From: Candidatus Bathyarchaeota archaeon
Lineage (GTDB): Archaea > Thermoproteota > Bathyarchaeia > Bathyarchaeales > Bathycorpusculaceae
DNA length: 64,000 nt
Reading direction: 5' to 3'
NCBI GenBank assembly: GCA_963780185.1
Contig: CAWABA010000006.1
Location: forward strand, 384,001-448,000
In this document: piece after piece, positions 50,116 through 60,427 of the stretch
Layout of the letters: the number at the start of each line of letters is the position of its first letter
How positions within the stretch are numbered: position 1 is the first letter of the stretch
The notes under the pieces: model-generated
The model's database searches: none
Told to the model about the DNA's origin: nothing
Seen by the model: only the letters and a program-made list of their open reading frames with translations
Made by a program: the position numbers and the translations under genes

Positions 50116-52017
50116 TCATTCTTTTTCAACATATTTGATTGCTTCATCAATCCATTTGCATGATATTTTGTTTGCTCCATTCCATCCACTTTCAAGGTCC
50201 TGTTGCGGAATATTCAAAACGGGAGATAGTGGTACTTGAAATCCTTCTTCGTTAATTCGAATGTTAAGATAAAGGTCTGACATAACAATATTAAAACGTG
50301 GAAAGTTCTTGACCAAAGTGCAATAAATTGTCTTAAGAGGAATAATATTCTCATCAGGGGTTTGGACTAAGTTTGAACCTATTTTTTTAATTATCTGTGA
50401 CAAGAACAAACTCTCTAGAAGTAGAAGCGAACAAGTATACTCGCTCAAAATGGCATTATGAATGACTTCTGTTCTCGTCAAAAAATCCGCTACACTAGAG
50501 AACTCCCTCTCGTAGACAATATCAACATCTGTTCTTGAAAGATAGCCTATTGACCAATTGAAAAGGCAAGTTGAGAGTTTGTTTATGGTTTCTTTGAAGT
50601 CAGCCTTTCTTAGATTAGCTTGAACAAATAGATCTCTCAAACCTGCAAAAATGGTTGACTGCAATCTGCTGTCCACGGCATCAAGCATCCACTCATAGTC
50701 TTTGGGATCTTGCGATAATGAAACTCTAAAACTTGGAAGATATGCGTTCGATTTGTTCTTGTTAGACATCTTCTCTTTAAATTGCGGCTTGATTCTTTGA
50801 ATCTCCTTTCCAAAGCCAAGTATTTCAGCACGAGGCAAAAGGAATGGAAAAGCGAAGCAGAATTGAATTGAATATTCTGGCGTTGGTTCAGAAGTATTGG
50901 GCAAGCTCTGGATAAACAAATACATCATTTTTGCATATAAATTATATTTCTCCAAGCTCTCACTATTCGTGGCCTTTGTTTCACGCAGTTTTGCTACATA
51001 TGGAAAAAAACGCCAATTATTAGTGAGACAAAATGGACGCAAGCCTTCAACAATTGCGCCGATATGTCCCAATTCCACGCCGAATTCAGAGATAACTATT
51101 GCATCAGGTAGATTCATAATTTGAGATGATTTGTCGCTCATGTCTACTTCTTTTAGAAGATTGAATAGCCCATCGTAGTACAAATGTGCGTAACCGCAAA
51201 AACATCGCCGACTATCCATGCTCCCAAGATGAAGAATAAGAATGTTTCTTTTTTGACTTACTTCCGAAATAAAATCCAAATAGCTTCCTGTGTAAATCTT
51301 GTTTCCATCAGTGTCTCCCAATAGTCCAATGTTATAATCATATTCTAGCGACTTATCGGGTGAACTCGTTTTATAGCCAGAAACTGCTTTCCTACTCACA
51401 TTAAATTGGAGACTCAGCGATCTATGTCTTTGCCCAATTTCGCTATGGAAAGCCCTCTTGGCAGTCATGAATATTTCTTCCATAAACCCTTGATTCTCAT
51501 ATGAACACAACCTAAATCCTTGGCCTTCTCTTAACTCGCGAACATTTACGCTCCCTCCTCTGTAGTCTTTGAAGAATTCAAAAGTCGTTTCATTCAATAA
51601 GATTTCGCATTGGTGTTTTGACTCAAAACTTAAGGTTAAGAATTCTGTGAGGCCTGCTGCGTGATCTGGATGAAAATGAGAAACTACAATTGTTCCTATA
51701 TCCCTAAATTCGATTCCATAAAGCTCTCTTAAAATTGATAAGAAACCAAAACCAGGATCAACGACAATTACACCGGGATTTTTTTCAGGTGAATCATTTT
51801 CTTGGTGTCTGCTTGTAACAAATGTGTAACACCCTCCTTTTACGTTAATGTAGCTTGGATACCAAGAGTTCCATCCTCGGGTTATTAGAAAATGTATTTT
51901 GCCGTCAACATAATATGTCCCCGAGAGCTTCTCCCCTCTTAGAATACTGTTTAGAAATTCCCGCCTTATGCCTGTTATGGTACGTGCTTTTTCGAATTCA
52001 GGTTCGCAGTTTTCCAT
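50116..52017 (-). CDS. Metallo-beta-lactamase-fold hydrolase/nuclease with a large helical C-terminal region
   Basis: RGWNSW, VVDPGFGF, SHFHPDH (HxHxDH), FHSE, GDT, LHLGS, AHL, ISEFG. Confidence 0.8.
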   Translation of the reverse strand: MENCEPEFEKARTITGIRREFLNSILRGEKLSGTYYVDGKIHFLITRGWNSWYPSYINVKGGCYTFVTSRHQENDSPEKNPGVIVVDPGFGFLSILRELYGIEFRDIGTIVVSHFHPDHAAGLTEFLTLSFESKHQCEILLNETTFEFFKDYRGGSVNVRELREGQGFRLCSYENQGFMEEIFMTAKRAFHSEIGQRHRSLSLQFNVSRKAVSGYKTSSPDKSLEYDYNIGLLGDTDGNKIYTGSYLDFISEVSQKRNILILHLGSMDSRRCFCGYAHLYYDGLFNLLKEVDMSDKSSQIMNLPDAIVISEFGVELGHIGAIVEGLRPFCLTNNWRFFPYVAKLRETKATNSESLEKYNLYAKMMYLFIQSLPNTSEPTPEYSIQFCFAFPFLLPRAEILGFGKEIQRIKPQFKEKMSNKNKSNAYLPSFRVSLSQDPKDYEWMLDAVDSRLQSTIFAGLRDLFVQANLRKADFKETINKLSTCLFNWSIGYLSRTDVDIVYEREFSSVADFLTRTEVIHNAILSEYTCSLLLLESLFLSQIIKKIGSNLVQTPDENIIPLKTIYCTLVKNFPRFNIVMSDLYLNIRINEEGFQVPLSPVLNIPQQDLESGWNGANKISCKWIDEAIKYVEKE

Positions 52018-52024
52018 TTGGCAG

Positions 52025-53374
52025 CTAGCCCCCTTTCATTTTGTGCGTTTTTGCTTCCAATGTGTTAAGCATCTTGTTAATTGAACATAACAATTTCTCA
52101 GTGTTTTCTTCCATTTTATCCGGGTTTTGTAAGATTTCCTGAATTTCCTTAAAATCTTCGAAGGAAACGGGGACCACTTCTCTCACAAGCGTACTAATAC
52201 GCTCATCAGCTAGAATATCGGAAGACAGTTGGTTTATGATTTTAGAGATTTCATCGTAGAGGTAATTACAAATTATTCTCCATGATCTAAGGGTCGGTTT
52301 AACGCAATCTTCCAAATCAATAGGAATTGGTTCAAATTGCTCCTTTTTCTTGACATAGTTCTTTATTTGCTCGATGTTATTCCTGATAACTTTCATATGA
52401 GGCATCACTTGGTTTAGAATAAGCAGAATCTTATCTCGCGAGTCCTCTTTTTTGTTTAGATAAATACGAACAAGTGCGTAAGTCAGATCTCTTGCAATTG
52501 GCGTTATGATGTCATTCTCGAAAGGAACCGTTTGATATACACGCAGAGGTGCTTTTGATCCAGTATATATCACTGCATACTTTTTGTTCTTGGTTAGTGT
52601 TCTGTTAACTTCGTGAACAAAAGCAGCGGCAAGCGCATCCGTTCTATTTGGGGTGTTTTTTTCTTCCCCCTCTCTTTCTAGACCTAATGCAACATATACT
52701 TCGGTGTAGACACCCGTATTCATAATTTCAGCAGGGTTCGGGGTAGGTAAAGGTTGCGACCATAGTTTTATCTTCTGTTCGTCGAAAAGTCTTAGTAAAT
52801 TACCGAGCGGTGTCTCAATGTATTTCTTGTACCCTTGTTTTGTCAGTAAGGTTACAAAATTCTTTCTAAAATGCGCGTACAATTCATTCAGTCTGGGCCA
52901 ATCTTTTGTGATATCGGTTTTACGCATTATTTCTAAAAACTCTTTTACTTCATTCGAGTGGATTATTTTCTCCCTTTCAGGAAGATTTAGCGTTTTCTGT
53001 ATGTCCTTGAGATGCGAAAATAGTTCTCCTAAGTATGGGTCAATGAGATAGAGTTGAGCATTCATTATTGCAGGTTTTTCTAGTAAGAGATGAGTTATTA
53101 CCAATAATTCTCTTCTATCGAGATATACATATCCAGGATGTAAGTACCTGTACAATTCAGAGTAATCAATTATCCCTAATTGAGTAAAGCCTTTTTCTTC
53201 TAGTTCCAAGTCTTCATGCAGTTGTTTGAAGGCCGGATATAATTTGACTATAAAAGTTACTGCTTCCAGAAAAGTGTTCGTCTCTTCTCGATCTTCCTTA
53301 TTTGATGATATTTTTAGTATCCCCTTTGCACGCCGTTGTTCAGTTAAGCGCTTAGTGAATTTATGTTTTTCCAA
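52025..53374 (-). CDS. Hypothetical protein with PIN-like nuclease signatures
   Basis: GIIDYSELYRYL, YLGEL, NRTDALAAAFV, VIYTGS follow the order of PIN active-site motifs; 7 bp upstream of the MBL gene. Confidence 0.55.
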   Translation of the reverse strand: MEKHKFTKRLTEQRRAKGILKISSNKEDREETNTFLEAVTFIVKLYPAFKQLHEDLELEEKGFTQLGIIDYSELYRYLHPGYVYLDRRELLVITHLLLEKPAIMNAQLYLIDPYLGELFSHLKDIQKTLNLPEREKIIHSNEVKEFLEIMRKTDITKDWPRLNELYAHFRKNFVTLLTKQGYKKYIETPLGNLLRLFDEQKIKLWSQPLPTPNPAEIMNTGVYTEVYVALGLEREGEEKNTPNRTDALAAAFVHEVNRTLTKNKKYAVIYTGSKAPLRVYQTVPFENDIITPIARDLTYALVRIYLNKKEDSRDKILLILNQVMPHMKVIRNNIEQIKNYVKKKEQFEPIPIDLEDCVKPTLRSWRIICNYLYDEISKIINQLSSDILADERISTLVREVVPVSFEDFKEIQEILQNPDKMEENTEKLLCSINKMLNTLEAKTHKMKGG

Positions 53375-53603
53375 ATTCTCCGCTATATGATTTTCAATAA
53401 CAATTTGTCTCGATAGCCGCGATCCGTTTGAAAAAAGAAATAACCAAATTGCGCAACCCGAGCTGGAGCGAGCGCAAGAAGCTAATTATCCCTAAGATTT
53501 CTACGCTAATTTAGAATTACTGCATGTGATGATGATATGAAACAGAAAATTTAAATTCTTTAGTTTCCCTTTTTTTCTTATTAGCCGTTTTTAGGTGTGT
53601 TTT

Positions 53604-53966
53604 ATGTCTGAGTCGTTTGAAGGTTTCATGTGTAGGTTTATTCGGGGTCAAGCGGTTATTTTCAAGAAGTATCTTTTAGCGGCACTGGACAGTCAAGACA
53701 AGTACCTGTGCTATCTGGATATGAGTTTGGGCACACCGCTCCTCTCGATGGATATCAAAAACTGCGAGTTGCTGGCTGAAGCTGGGCTTTTCCATGAAGA
53801 AATCAAAACTAGCAGGGACGGACGCAATCGATATAAATTTTTTTATCTGACCGATTTAGGCATGGAAATGGTGGAGAAAATAAAAGAACAAAACTACACT
53901 GAGGATTTGCCTCAAAGCCTCCAATTTGCGGCTTGCGGAGCCGAAGAAACAAAACTAGTGCAATAA
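53604..53966 (+). CDS. Winged-helix-like hypothetical protein
   Basis: LAEAGLF.EE..SRDGRNRYKFFYLTDLGMEM wing motif. Confidence 0.6.
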   Translation: MSESFEGFMCRFIRGQAVIFKKYLLAALDSQDKYLCYLDMSLGTPLLSMDIKNCELLAEAGLFHEEIKTSRDGRNRYKFFYLTDLGMEMVEKIKEQNYTEDLPQSLQFAACGAEETKLVQ

Positions 53967-54033
53967 GCCTAAGCCCTGAATGCTTGAAAAAAGAAAAGAT
54001 TTTGGGAAAAGAAATTCCCAGTTTTCTGCTTGC

Positions 54034-56259
54034 CTAGATTAGGTGTAGCAGGTTTATGAACAGCGGGATGAAGACGATTGACAGGGTGCTGAGCAGTTTT
54101 ATGAGTACGTGAAGGCTTGGTCCCGCGGTGTCTTTTAATGGGTCGCCGACTGTGTCGCCTACTACGGCTGCTGCGTGGGCTGGTGAGCCTTTGCCGCCGT
54201 ATTTGCCTGTTTCAATGAATTTCTTTGCGTTGTCCCATGCGCCTCCGCCTGTGTTCATGAATAGTGCCAGTGGAACAGCTGACAGGGTTGCGCCGATTAC
54301 GAATGCGCCTACAGCTTCCGGTCCTAACAGGACACCGACGATTATTGGAACGATGACGAGGATTAGTCCTGGAAGCACCATGCCTCTTAATGCGGCTTTT
54401 GTGCTGATGTCTACTGCTTTGCCGTAGTCGGGTTTGCCTGTTCCATCCATGATGCCGGGGATTTCTCTGAATTGGCGTCTGACTTCCTCCACCATCTCAG
54501 CAGCTGCTTTTCCTACTGCGCTGATTGCTTGTGAGGAGAAGAAGAAGGGTAGCATTGCGCCGATGAATCCTGCGATCAGTACGGCTGGGTTAGAGATGTC
54601 TACGACAAAGGCCTTGCCTGCGTAAGCTGTAGTTGAAGAGACTTCTGAAGCGTAGGTTTGGAATAGCAGTTGCGCTGCGAGTAGGGCTGAGCCGAGTGCA
54701 AATCCTTTGGTTAGGGCTTTTGTTGTGTTTCCAACTGCGTCTAAGGCTTCCATCGTTGATTCTGCGCCGCCTTCGCCTGACATTTCAGCGATGCCTGCTG
54801 CGTTGTCAGCGATTGGGCCAAAGCCGTCTAAAGCTAGAACCATGCCCATGACTGCGAGCATACCCATGGTTGCAAGTGTGGTTCCGTATATTCCGCCGAT
54901 GAAGGGTGTAATTTGAGCTACATGTGAAGCGTTCCACGAAACTGCGAATTGTGTGCCGAAGTAATAGGATGTTACGAGAGCAATAACCAGCGAAACTATG
55001 GGTAACGCTGTTGTCTCAAGCCCTACTGCTAAGCCCGTGATTATGTTTGTTGCAGCGCCTGTTTGGCTGGCTTTAGCTATTCGTCCGACTGGACCTCGGT
55101 CACTTCCTGTATAATAGTCTGTGATGTAGTCGATTGCTACGCTTGCAGCTAAGCCTGAGAGCAAGCAGAAGTATAGGTAGAAGAAGGTAATTGAAAAGCT
55201 TCCGTTGCCTAGAAGGAAGATTGTTGCAAATAGGAATAGAATACCTGACACGATCGTGGTTACCAGGAGGCCTTTTCTTAATGCTTTCATTGGATGCTTT
55301 GCTTCTGCCTCGTTAAGTTTGACGAAGGGCATGCCGATTAGTGTTGCAAAGATGCCTAGCGCTCTTGCAATAAGCGGGAAAACGAGGAATAGCAGGTTTC
55401 CAGTGGCGATGCTGATTAAGCCACCGATAATCATTCCACCGATGTTCTCCCCAGTGGCTGATTCAAATAAGTCTGCGCCTCTTCCAGCCGAGTCACCTAC
55501 GTTGTCGCCAACGTTATCGGCTATTACTGCGGGGTTGCGTGGGTCATCTTCAGGAATGCCTGCTTCAACTTTGCCTACGAGGTCTGCGCCGACATCTGCG
55601 GCTTTAGTATAAATTCCACCGCCAAGCTGGGCAAATAAAGCGATCAATGAGGCCCCAAAACCCATGCCAACTATGCCGCTTGCGGCCGTTCTGCCCAAGT
55701 TCGCAGCGTCAGTAGTGTTTAGAGAGCCGAACAAAGAGTTGTAGCCACCGTAAAGCAAGAATAGAAAACTTACGCCTAAAAGAGATAAACCGACAACAGC
55801 CATACCCATCGTCGCGCCGCCGTAAAACGCGGTTTTAAGAGCTTTTTCAGCGCCATCTTTTGCCGCCGCCACGGTGCGAACGTTCGCTTTGGTTGCGTTG
55901 TCCATGGCAATGTAGCCTGCAGCCAATGAAGCAACTGCACCTACCAGAAAAGCTGCCGCCGTGCCAACGCCCAAAGGAGTGCCCTTCAAAGGCAAGGCAA
56001 CCCACAGCAGAACAAACACTACTGCCGTGATAACTGCGATTGTTGTGTACTGCCGCTTCAGGAAAGCGTAAGCGCCTTCACGAATGGCGGCTCCAACTTC
56101 CTGGGCTTTTGGACCGCCGGCACTCATTTTGCCTATATGACGCATGAGCAAAAGTGAAGCCACAACGGCGATTACACCCGCGATGGGGGCAATCCAAAAT
56201 ACAAGTGGAGAAACTGAGTTACTGCTTGATGTTATTAACGCTTGTAAAGGTATGAGCAT
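54034..56259 (-). CDS. hppA: Membrane-bound ion-translocating pyrophosphatase, predicted K+-independent H+-PPase
   Basis: GGIYTKAADVGADLVGKVEAGIPEDDPRNP, DNVGD, GNTTK (Lys determinant), GDTVGDPLKDTAGPS. Confidence 0.96.
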   Translation of the reverse strand: MLIPLQALITSSSNSVSPLVFWIAPIAGVIAVVASLLLMRHIGKMSAGGPKAQEVGAAIREGAYAFLKRQYTTIAVITAVVFVLLWVALPLKGTPLGVGTAAAFLVGAVASLAAGYIAMDNATKANVRTVAAAKDGAEKALKTAFYGGATMGMAVVGLSLLGVSFLFLLYGGYNSLFGSLNTTDAANLGRTAASGIVGMGFGASLIALFAQLGGGIYTKAADVGADLVGKVEAGIPEDDPRNPAVIADNVGDNVGDSAGRGADLFESATGENIGGMIIGGLISIATGNLLFLVFPLIARALGIFATLIGMPFVKLNEAEAKHPMKALRKGLLVTTIVSGILFLFATIFLLGNGSFSITFFYLYFCLLSGLAASVAIDYITDYYTGSDRGPVGRIAKASQTGAATNIITGLAVGLETTALPIVSLVIALVTSYYFGTQFAVSWNASHVAQITPFIGGIYGTTLATMGMLAVMGMVLALDGFGPIADNAAGIAEMSGEGGAESTMEALDAVGNTTKALTKGFALGSALLAAQLLFQTYASEVSSTTAYAGKAFVVDISNPAVLIAGFIGAMLPFFFSSQAISAVGKAAAEMVEEVRRQFREIPGIMDGTGKPDYGKAVDISTKAALRGMVLPGLILVIVPIIVGVLLGPEAVGAFVIGATLSAVPLALFMNTGGGAWDNAKKFIETGKYGGKGSPAHAAAVVGDTVGDPLKDTAGPSLHVLIKLLSTLSIVFIPLFINLLHLI

Positions 56260-56431
56260 GTTCTAAAAGCCATGTCCATTTTCCTTATATGTTTTTCTAA
56301 TATGTTCTGTCATCGCTATGTATAAATCAAAAATTTCTCCTAAAAAAGCGAGAATTTAATGGCGCTAATTTGGTTGCATTTTTAAGGAACCGCCGCGTAT
56401 CTCAATTCTATCATTCAAAAGTGATTAGCAG

Positions 56432-57559
56432 ATGCCTTCAAGATTGATAGTTGTCAAGGTCGGAACCAGCGGCATAACAACCAGCGAGGGAAACCTTGAC
56501 CATGAAGAAATGCAGAAACTGACCAGTCAAATAGCGGAAGCGACGAAGCGAGGGGACAAAGTGGTCCTTGTAACTTCAGGCGCTGTGGCAGCGGGCATCG
56601 CGGAACTTGGGATACCACCCAAACCCAACGATGTTGTGTTTCAGCAGGCTGCGGCGGCTACGGGTCAAAGCGTTTTGATGGCTAAGTACCGTGAACTCTT
56701 CAAAACGCACGGGCTGAAGGCTGCGCAGATCCTGCTTACCGCGGAGGACCTTTCAAACAGGGCATCTTACGTGCACACATGCAACGTGCTGAACATGCTT
56801 CTGAAAACAGGCGTTATCCCAATCATCAATGAGAACGACGTGACATCCGTGGCTGAGCTGCGGCAAAAAGAAGGCTACAAAGTAAACTTCAGCGACAACG
56901 ACATCCTCTCAGTCCTCGTCGCAAACGCCATGGGAGCAGACATGATAATCATACTCTCAGACGTAGACGGCTTATTCACCGCTGACCCCCAGGAACCAAG
57001 CGCACAACTCATAAAAACCGTCGAAGCCATAACGCCCGAACTTAAAAGCTCGCTGAACGGAAAAAGTAAGCTGGGCAGAGGCGGCATCCAAAGCAAAATC
57101 AAAGCGGCGGAAATCGCAACTTCATGCGGCATACCACTGGTCATAGCGAACAGCCGACGAGAAAACGTCATCTTGGACATTCTTGCAGGAAAAGACGTCG
57201 GCACCTTCTTCAAGCCTCAGAACCCCCTCTCCGCGGTTAAACGCTGGATAGCTTACGGCGCCGCTGTAAAAGGGGAAATCCACGTTAACGCAGGCGCAAA
57301 AAAAGCCATTCTTGAAGGTTCAAGCCTCCTACCCGTCGGCATAACTAGCGTCCTGGGACAGTTCAACGTCGGCGACGTCGTCAGCATCATGGATGAATGC
57401 AAGGTTGAGTTCGCCAAAGGCAACCCAAATTTTTCCAGCGGAGAGTTAAACCTGATTAAAGGCTGCCAAGCAACCGACATCCAGAAGAAGCTTGGCTCAG
57501 ATAAGCCTAAAGAAGCAGTGGAGCATAGAAATATCCATCTGATCGGGGAAGAAAAATGA
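56432..57559 (+). CDS. proB: Glutamate 5-kinase with PUA domain
   Basis: VVKVGTS, VTSGAVAAG, PIINENDV, SDNDIL, GRGGIQSK, SLLPVGI. Confidence 0.96.
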   Translation: MPSRLIVVKVGTSGITTSEGNLDHEEMQKLTSQIAEATKRGDKVVLVTSGAVAAGIAELGIPPKPNDVVFQQAAAATGQSVLMAKYRELFKTHGLKAAQILLTAEDLSNRASYVHTCNVLNMLLKTGVIPIINENDVTSVAELRQKEGYKVNFSDNDILSVLVANAMGADMIIILSDVDGLFTADPQEPSAQLIKTVEAITPELKSSLNGKSKLGRGGIQSKIKAAEIATSCGIPLVIANSRRENVILDILAGKDVGTFFKPQNPLSAVKRWIAYGAAVKGEIHVNAGAKKAILEGSSLLPVGITSVLGQFNVGDVVSIMDECKVEFAKGNPNFSSGELNLIKGCQATDIQKKLGSDKPKEAVEHRNIHLIGEEK

Positions 57560-58800
57560 TAACTGAAATGTGCATAAAAGCCAAAGCTGCCTCAGTTGAA
57601 ATGGCGAAGCTTACAACGGAAGCCAAGAATCAGGCGCTCTGCAGAATGGCAGACGCATTGGAAGCGAACACTGAGAAGATTTTGGCTGCTAACTTGACGG
57701 ATGTTGACGCTGCGATGCACAGCGGGGGGCTTAAGGCGGCTTTGATTGACCGATTATCATTGGACCAACGTAAAATCCAAACCATGGCTAAGGGGCTTCG
57801 TGAAGTCTCAGCTTTACCTGACCCAATCGGCACCATCCTAAGCACGTGGACACGCCCCAACGGGTTGATAATAAGCCAGGTTCGCGTGCCACTCGGAGTT
57901 ATCGGAATCATTTACGAGTCACGACCCGACGTGACCTCGGACGCGGCAGGCATCTGCATAAAATCAGGAAACGCCGTAATCCTCCGAGGCGGCTCCGACG
58001 CACTAAACTCAAACGTCACCATAGGCGAAGTTCTCAGAGACGCGCTAGCGGAAACTCAAGTGCCTGTTGACGCTGTGCAGGTGGTGGAGTCGGCTGACCG
58101 AGCATTGGCTGAGGAGCTTATGCGAATGCGAGAGTACATCGATGTGCTTATTCCCCGAGGCGGTGCAGACCTAATTAAAACCGTGGTTGAAACTTCGCGT
58201 ATCCCAGTGATTGAGACTGGAACGGGCAACTGCCACATTTACGTTGAAGAAGACGCTGACCTTGCAAAGGCAACGCCCATCGTCATTAACGCGAAGGTTC
58301 AAAGGCCTGGAACATGCAACGCCGCCGAGAAACTCCTTGTTCACCAGAAAATCGCCGAACAGTACCTGCCCGCCGTGATTGCTGCGCTCAGAGAGAAGGG
58401 CGTGGAAGTTCGGGGCGACGCACAAACCCGCAGGATTGTTCCCGACGTGAAAGCCGCAACCGAGGAGGACTGGGGCACCGAATACTTGGACCTCATTATG
58501 GGCGTCAAAGTCGTCAAAGACCTCGACGAAGCCATAGCGCACATCAACAAGTACGGAACTCACCATTCAGACTCCATCCTCACAGCAGACTTCGACAAAG
58601 CCATGCGGTTCATACGGGAAATCGACTCAGCCGCCGTCTACTGGAACGCTTCAACACGGTTCACTGATGGCAATCAGTTCGGGTTAGGAGCCGAAATCGG
58701 TATTAGCACCCAGAAGCTCCATGCAAGAGGACCCATGAGCGTTCAACACCTTACAACAACAAAATATGTAATTTTGGGCAGCGGACAAATTCGAAAATAA
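57556..58800 (+). CDS. proA: Gamma-glutamyl phosphate reductase
   Basis: PLGVIGIIYESRP, LIPRGG, GTCNAAE, NASTRFTDG..GLGAEIGISTQKLHARGP. Confidence 0.97.
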   Translation: MITEMCIKAKAASVEMAKLTTEAKNQALCRMADALEANTEKILAANLTDVDAAMHSGGLKAALIDRLSLDQRKIQTMAKGLREVSALPDPIGTILSTWTRPNGLIISQVRVPLGVIGIIYESRPDVTSDAAGICIKSGNAVILRGGSDALNSNVTIGEVLRDALAETQVPVDAVQVVESADRALAEELMRMREYIDVLIPRGGADLIKTVVETSRIPVIETGTGNCHIYVEEDADLAKATPIVINAKVQRPGTCNAAEKLLVHQKIAEQYLPAVIAALREKGVEVRGDAQTRRIVPDVKAATEEDWGTEYLDLIMGVKVVKDLDEAIAHINKYGTHHSDSILTADFDKAMRFIREIDSAAVYWNASTRFTDGNQFGLGAEIGISTQKLHARGPMSVQHLTTTKYVILGSGQIRK

Positions 58801-58897
58801 ACGGTCCAGGGCTTTTCTTGATGCCTCGGGTTGAATAATCACAGGGTTGAAAATGCCCTGTTTTCTTTGGCTATCCGTGTTTGCGTGGTTGCTGTTT

Positions 58898-60412
58898 TTA
58901 GATTGGTAGGTTCGGTATTATTGTTTGGAGTTGGTTGACGACTGGGTGGATTAAGCCTAGAACGCTCTGGGGGTAAATGCCGATGAATATGAGTGCGCCT
59001 GCCATTACAAAGATGGGGATGAGTATGCGTTTTGACTCTTTGATCGATGTTTCGTCTTTGGATTTCTTTCCGTAGAAGATGTAGATTAGGCGGAACAGGT
59101 AAGCGGTCTGCAGCACGCTTGTGATGACTCCGATGACTGCGAGCCACCATAAGTTGCCTTCTATTGCGGCGCTGAAAACGAACACTTTAGCTAGGAATCC
59201 TCCGAACGGCGGGACACCCGCGAATGACAAGCTCGCCATCACCAACGCTAAGCATACAAGCGGCATTTTTTTGCCGAGTCCTGACATGTCGTCTAAGGTG
59301 TGGAAGCCTTTGCTGTTAATGACGCCAATAGCCATGAATGCGAGACCCGTGGTGATGCCTCCGACCAAAAAGAAGTAGAGGTTGCTTGTTATGCCCAGTG
59401 CGGTTACGCTTGATATGGCGACGAGGTTGTAGCCGACGTCTGCGACGCAGATGTATGCGATTAGGCGTTTCACGTTGGTTTGTATGAGTGCGAAGAGGTT
59501 GCCGACAATCATGGTTACTGAAGCCAACGCCGCCAACATTAAAGTCCAATCCAGCACGGCGTTTGGTCCCCTTGGAATTATGATGTAGAGCAGTACCCGT
59601 ATGAGGATGTAGTAGCTGCCTTGGTCAACGAGCGCAGACAGGAAAGAAGCTGACGAAGCTGGCGCCGCGGTGTAAGCGTCGGGCAACCAGAAATGGAACG
59701 GCACAATTGCGGCTTCGATCGCGTAGCCTGCCGCGATGAATATGAAGGCTATGATAAGCAGGTGGTTGCTTGCGCCCACGGTCTGCAAAGCTGTTCCCAC
59801 TGCGATGTAGTTGAGGGTTCCTGTTAAGCCGTAAACGATTGAGATGCCTAAAATCACAAATGCCGACGCGATGATAATCATGATAAGGTACTTGAGGGTG
59901 GCGTTGATGCTGGCCACGTTTTTCTTGTAAAGCATCAAGAAGGCTGCTCCTGCGGTGGCTATTTCCCAGAATATGAAAAGCGTCAGCAAATCGCCTGCCA
60001 AGACGGCGCCGAGTAAGCCTGCGGTGGTGATAAGCATAATTGCGAAGTACCGCTCTGACGGTCGTTCTTGGTTGCCTAAGCTGAAAACGCTGTAGAGTAC
60101 GACGACGGCGCTGAGTCCGACGATGATTATTGCCATGAAGACGGAGATGGCGTCTATTAGGAAGGCGCTTGAGAATGCGTTTGTGGTGCCGTTTAACCCG
60201 AAGTTAAGGATGCCTGGCGAAGAAGTGCTGTAGTAGCTTAAGGCTAAGTTGGCTACGGTTGCGCCTGCAATTGCGAATACGGCTACGAACCAGCCTACGG
60301 TTAGGGCTGTGGGGTTGGCGCTTTTGCGTATGAACCTGAAAACGGGGATTGTTAAGAGCGCTGCTACTACGAGTGTTAGTATCGGTAATATTACGTCTAT
60401 AGTTTGAAGCAT
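58898..60412 (-). CDS. nuoN: Complex I-like antiporter subunit N
   Basis: FIFWEI, VPFHFWLPDAY, QTNVKRLIAY, SFAGVPPFGGFLAK; follows nuoM. Confidence 0.85.
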   Translation of the reverse strand: MLQTIDVILPILTLVVAALLTIPVFRFIRKSANPTALTVGWFVAVFAIAGATVANLALSYYSTSSPGILNFGLNGTTNAFSSAFLIDAISVFMAIIIVGLSAVVVLYSVFSLGNQERPSERYFAIMLITTAGLLGAVLAGDLLTLFIFWEIATAGAAFLMLYKKNVASINATLKYLIMIIIASAFVILGISIVYGLTGTLNYIAVGTALQTVGASNHLLIIAFIFIAAGYAIEAAIVPFHFWLPDAYTAAPASSASFLSALVDQGSYYILIRVLLYIIIPRGPNAVLDWTLMLAALASVTMIVGNLFALIQTNVKRLIAYICVADVGYNLVAISSVTALGITSNLYFFLVGGITTGLAFMAIGVINSKGFHTLDDMSGLGKKMPLVCLALVMASLSFAGVPPFGGFLAKVFVFSAAIEGNLWWLAVIGVITSVLQTAYLFRLIYIFYGKKSKDETSIKESKRILIPIFVMAGALIFIGIYPQSVLGLIHPVVNQLQTIIPNLPI

Positions 60413-60427
60413 TCATTTCACCTTCAG

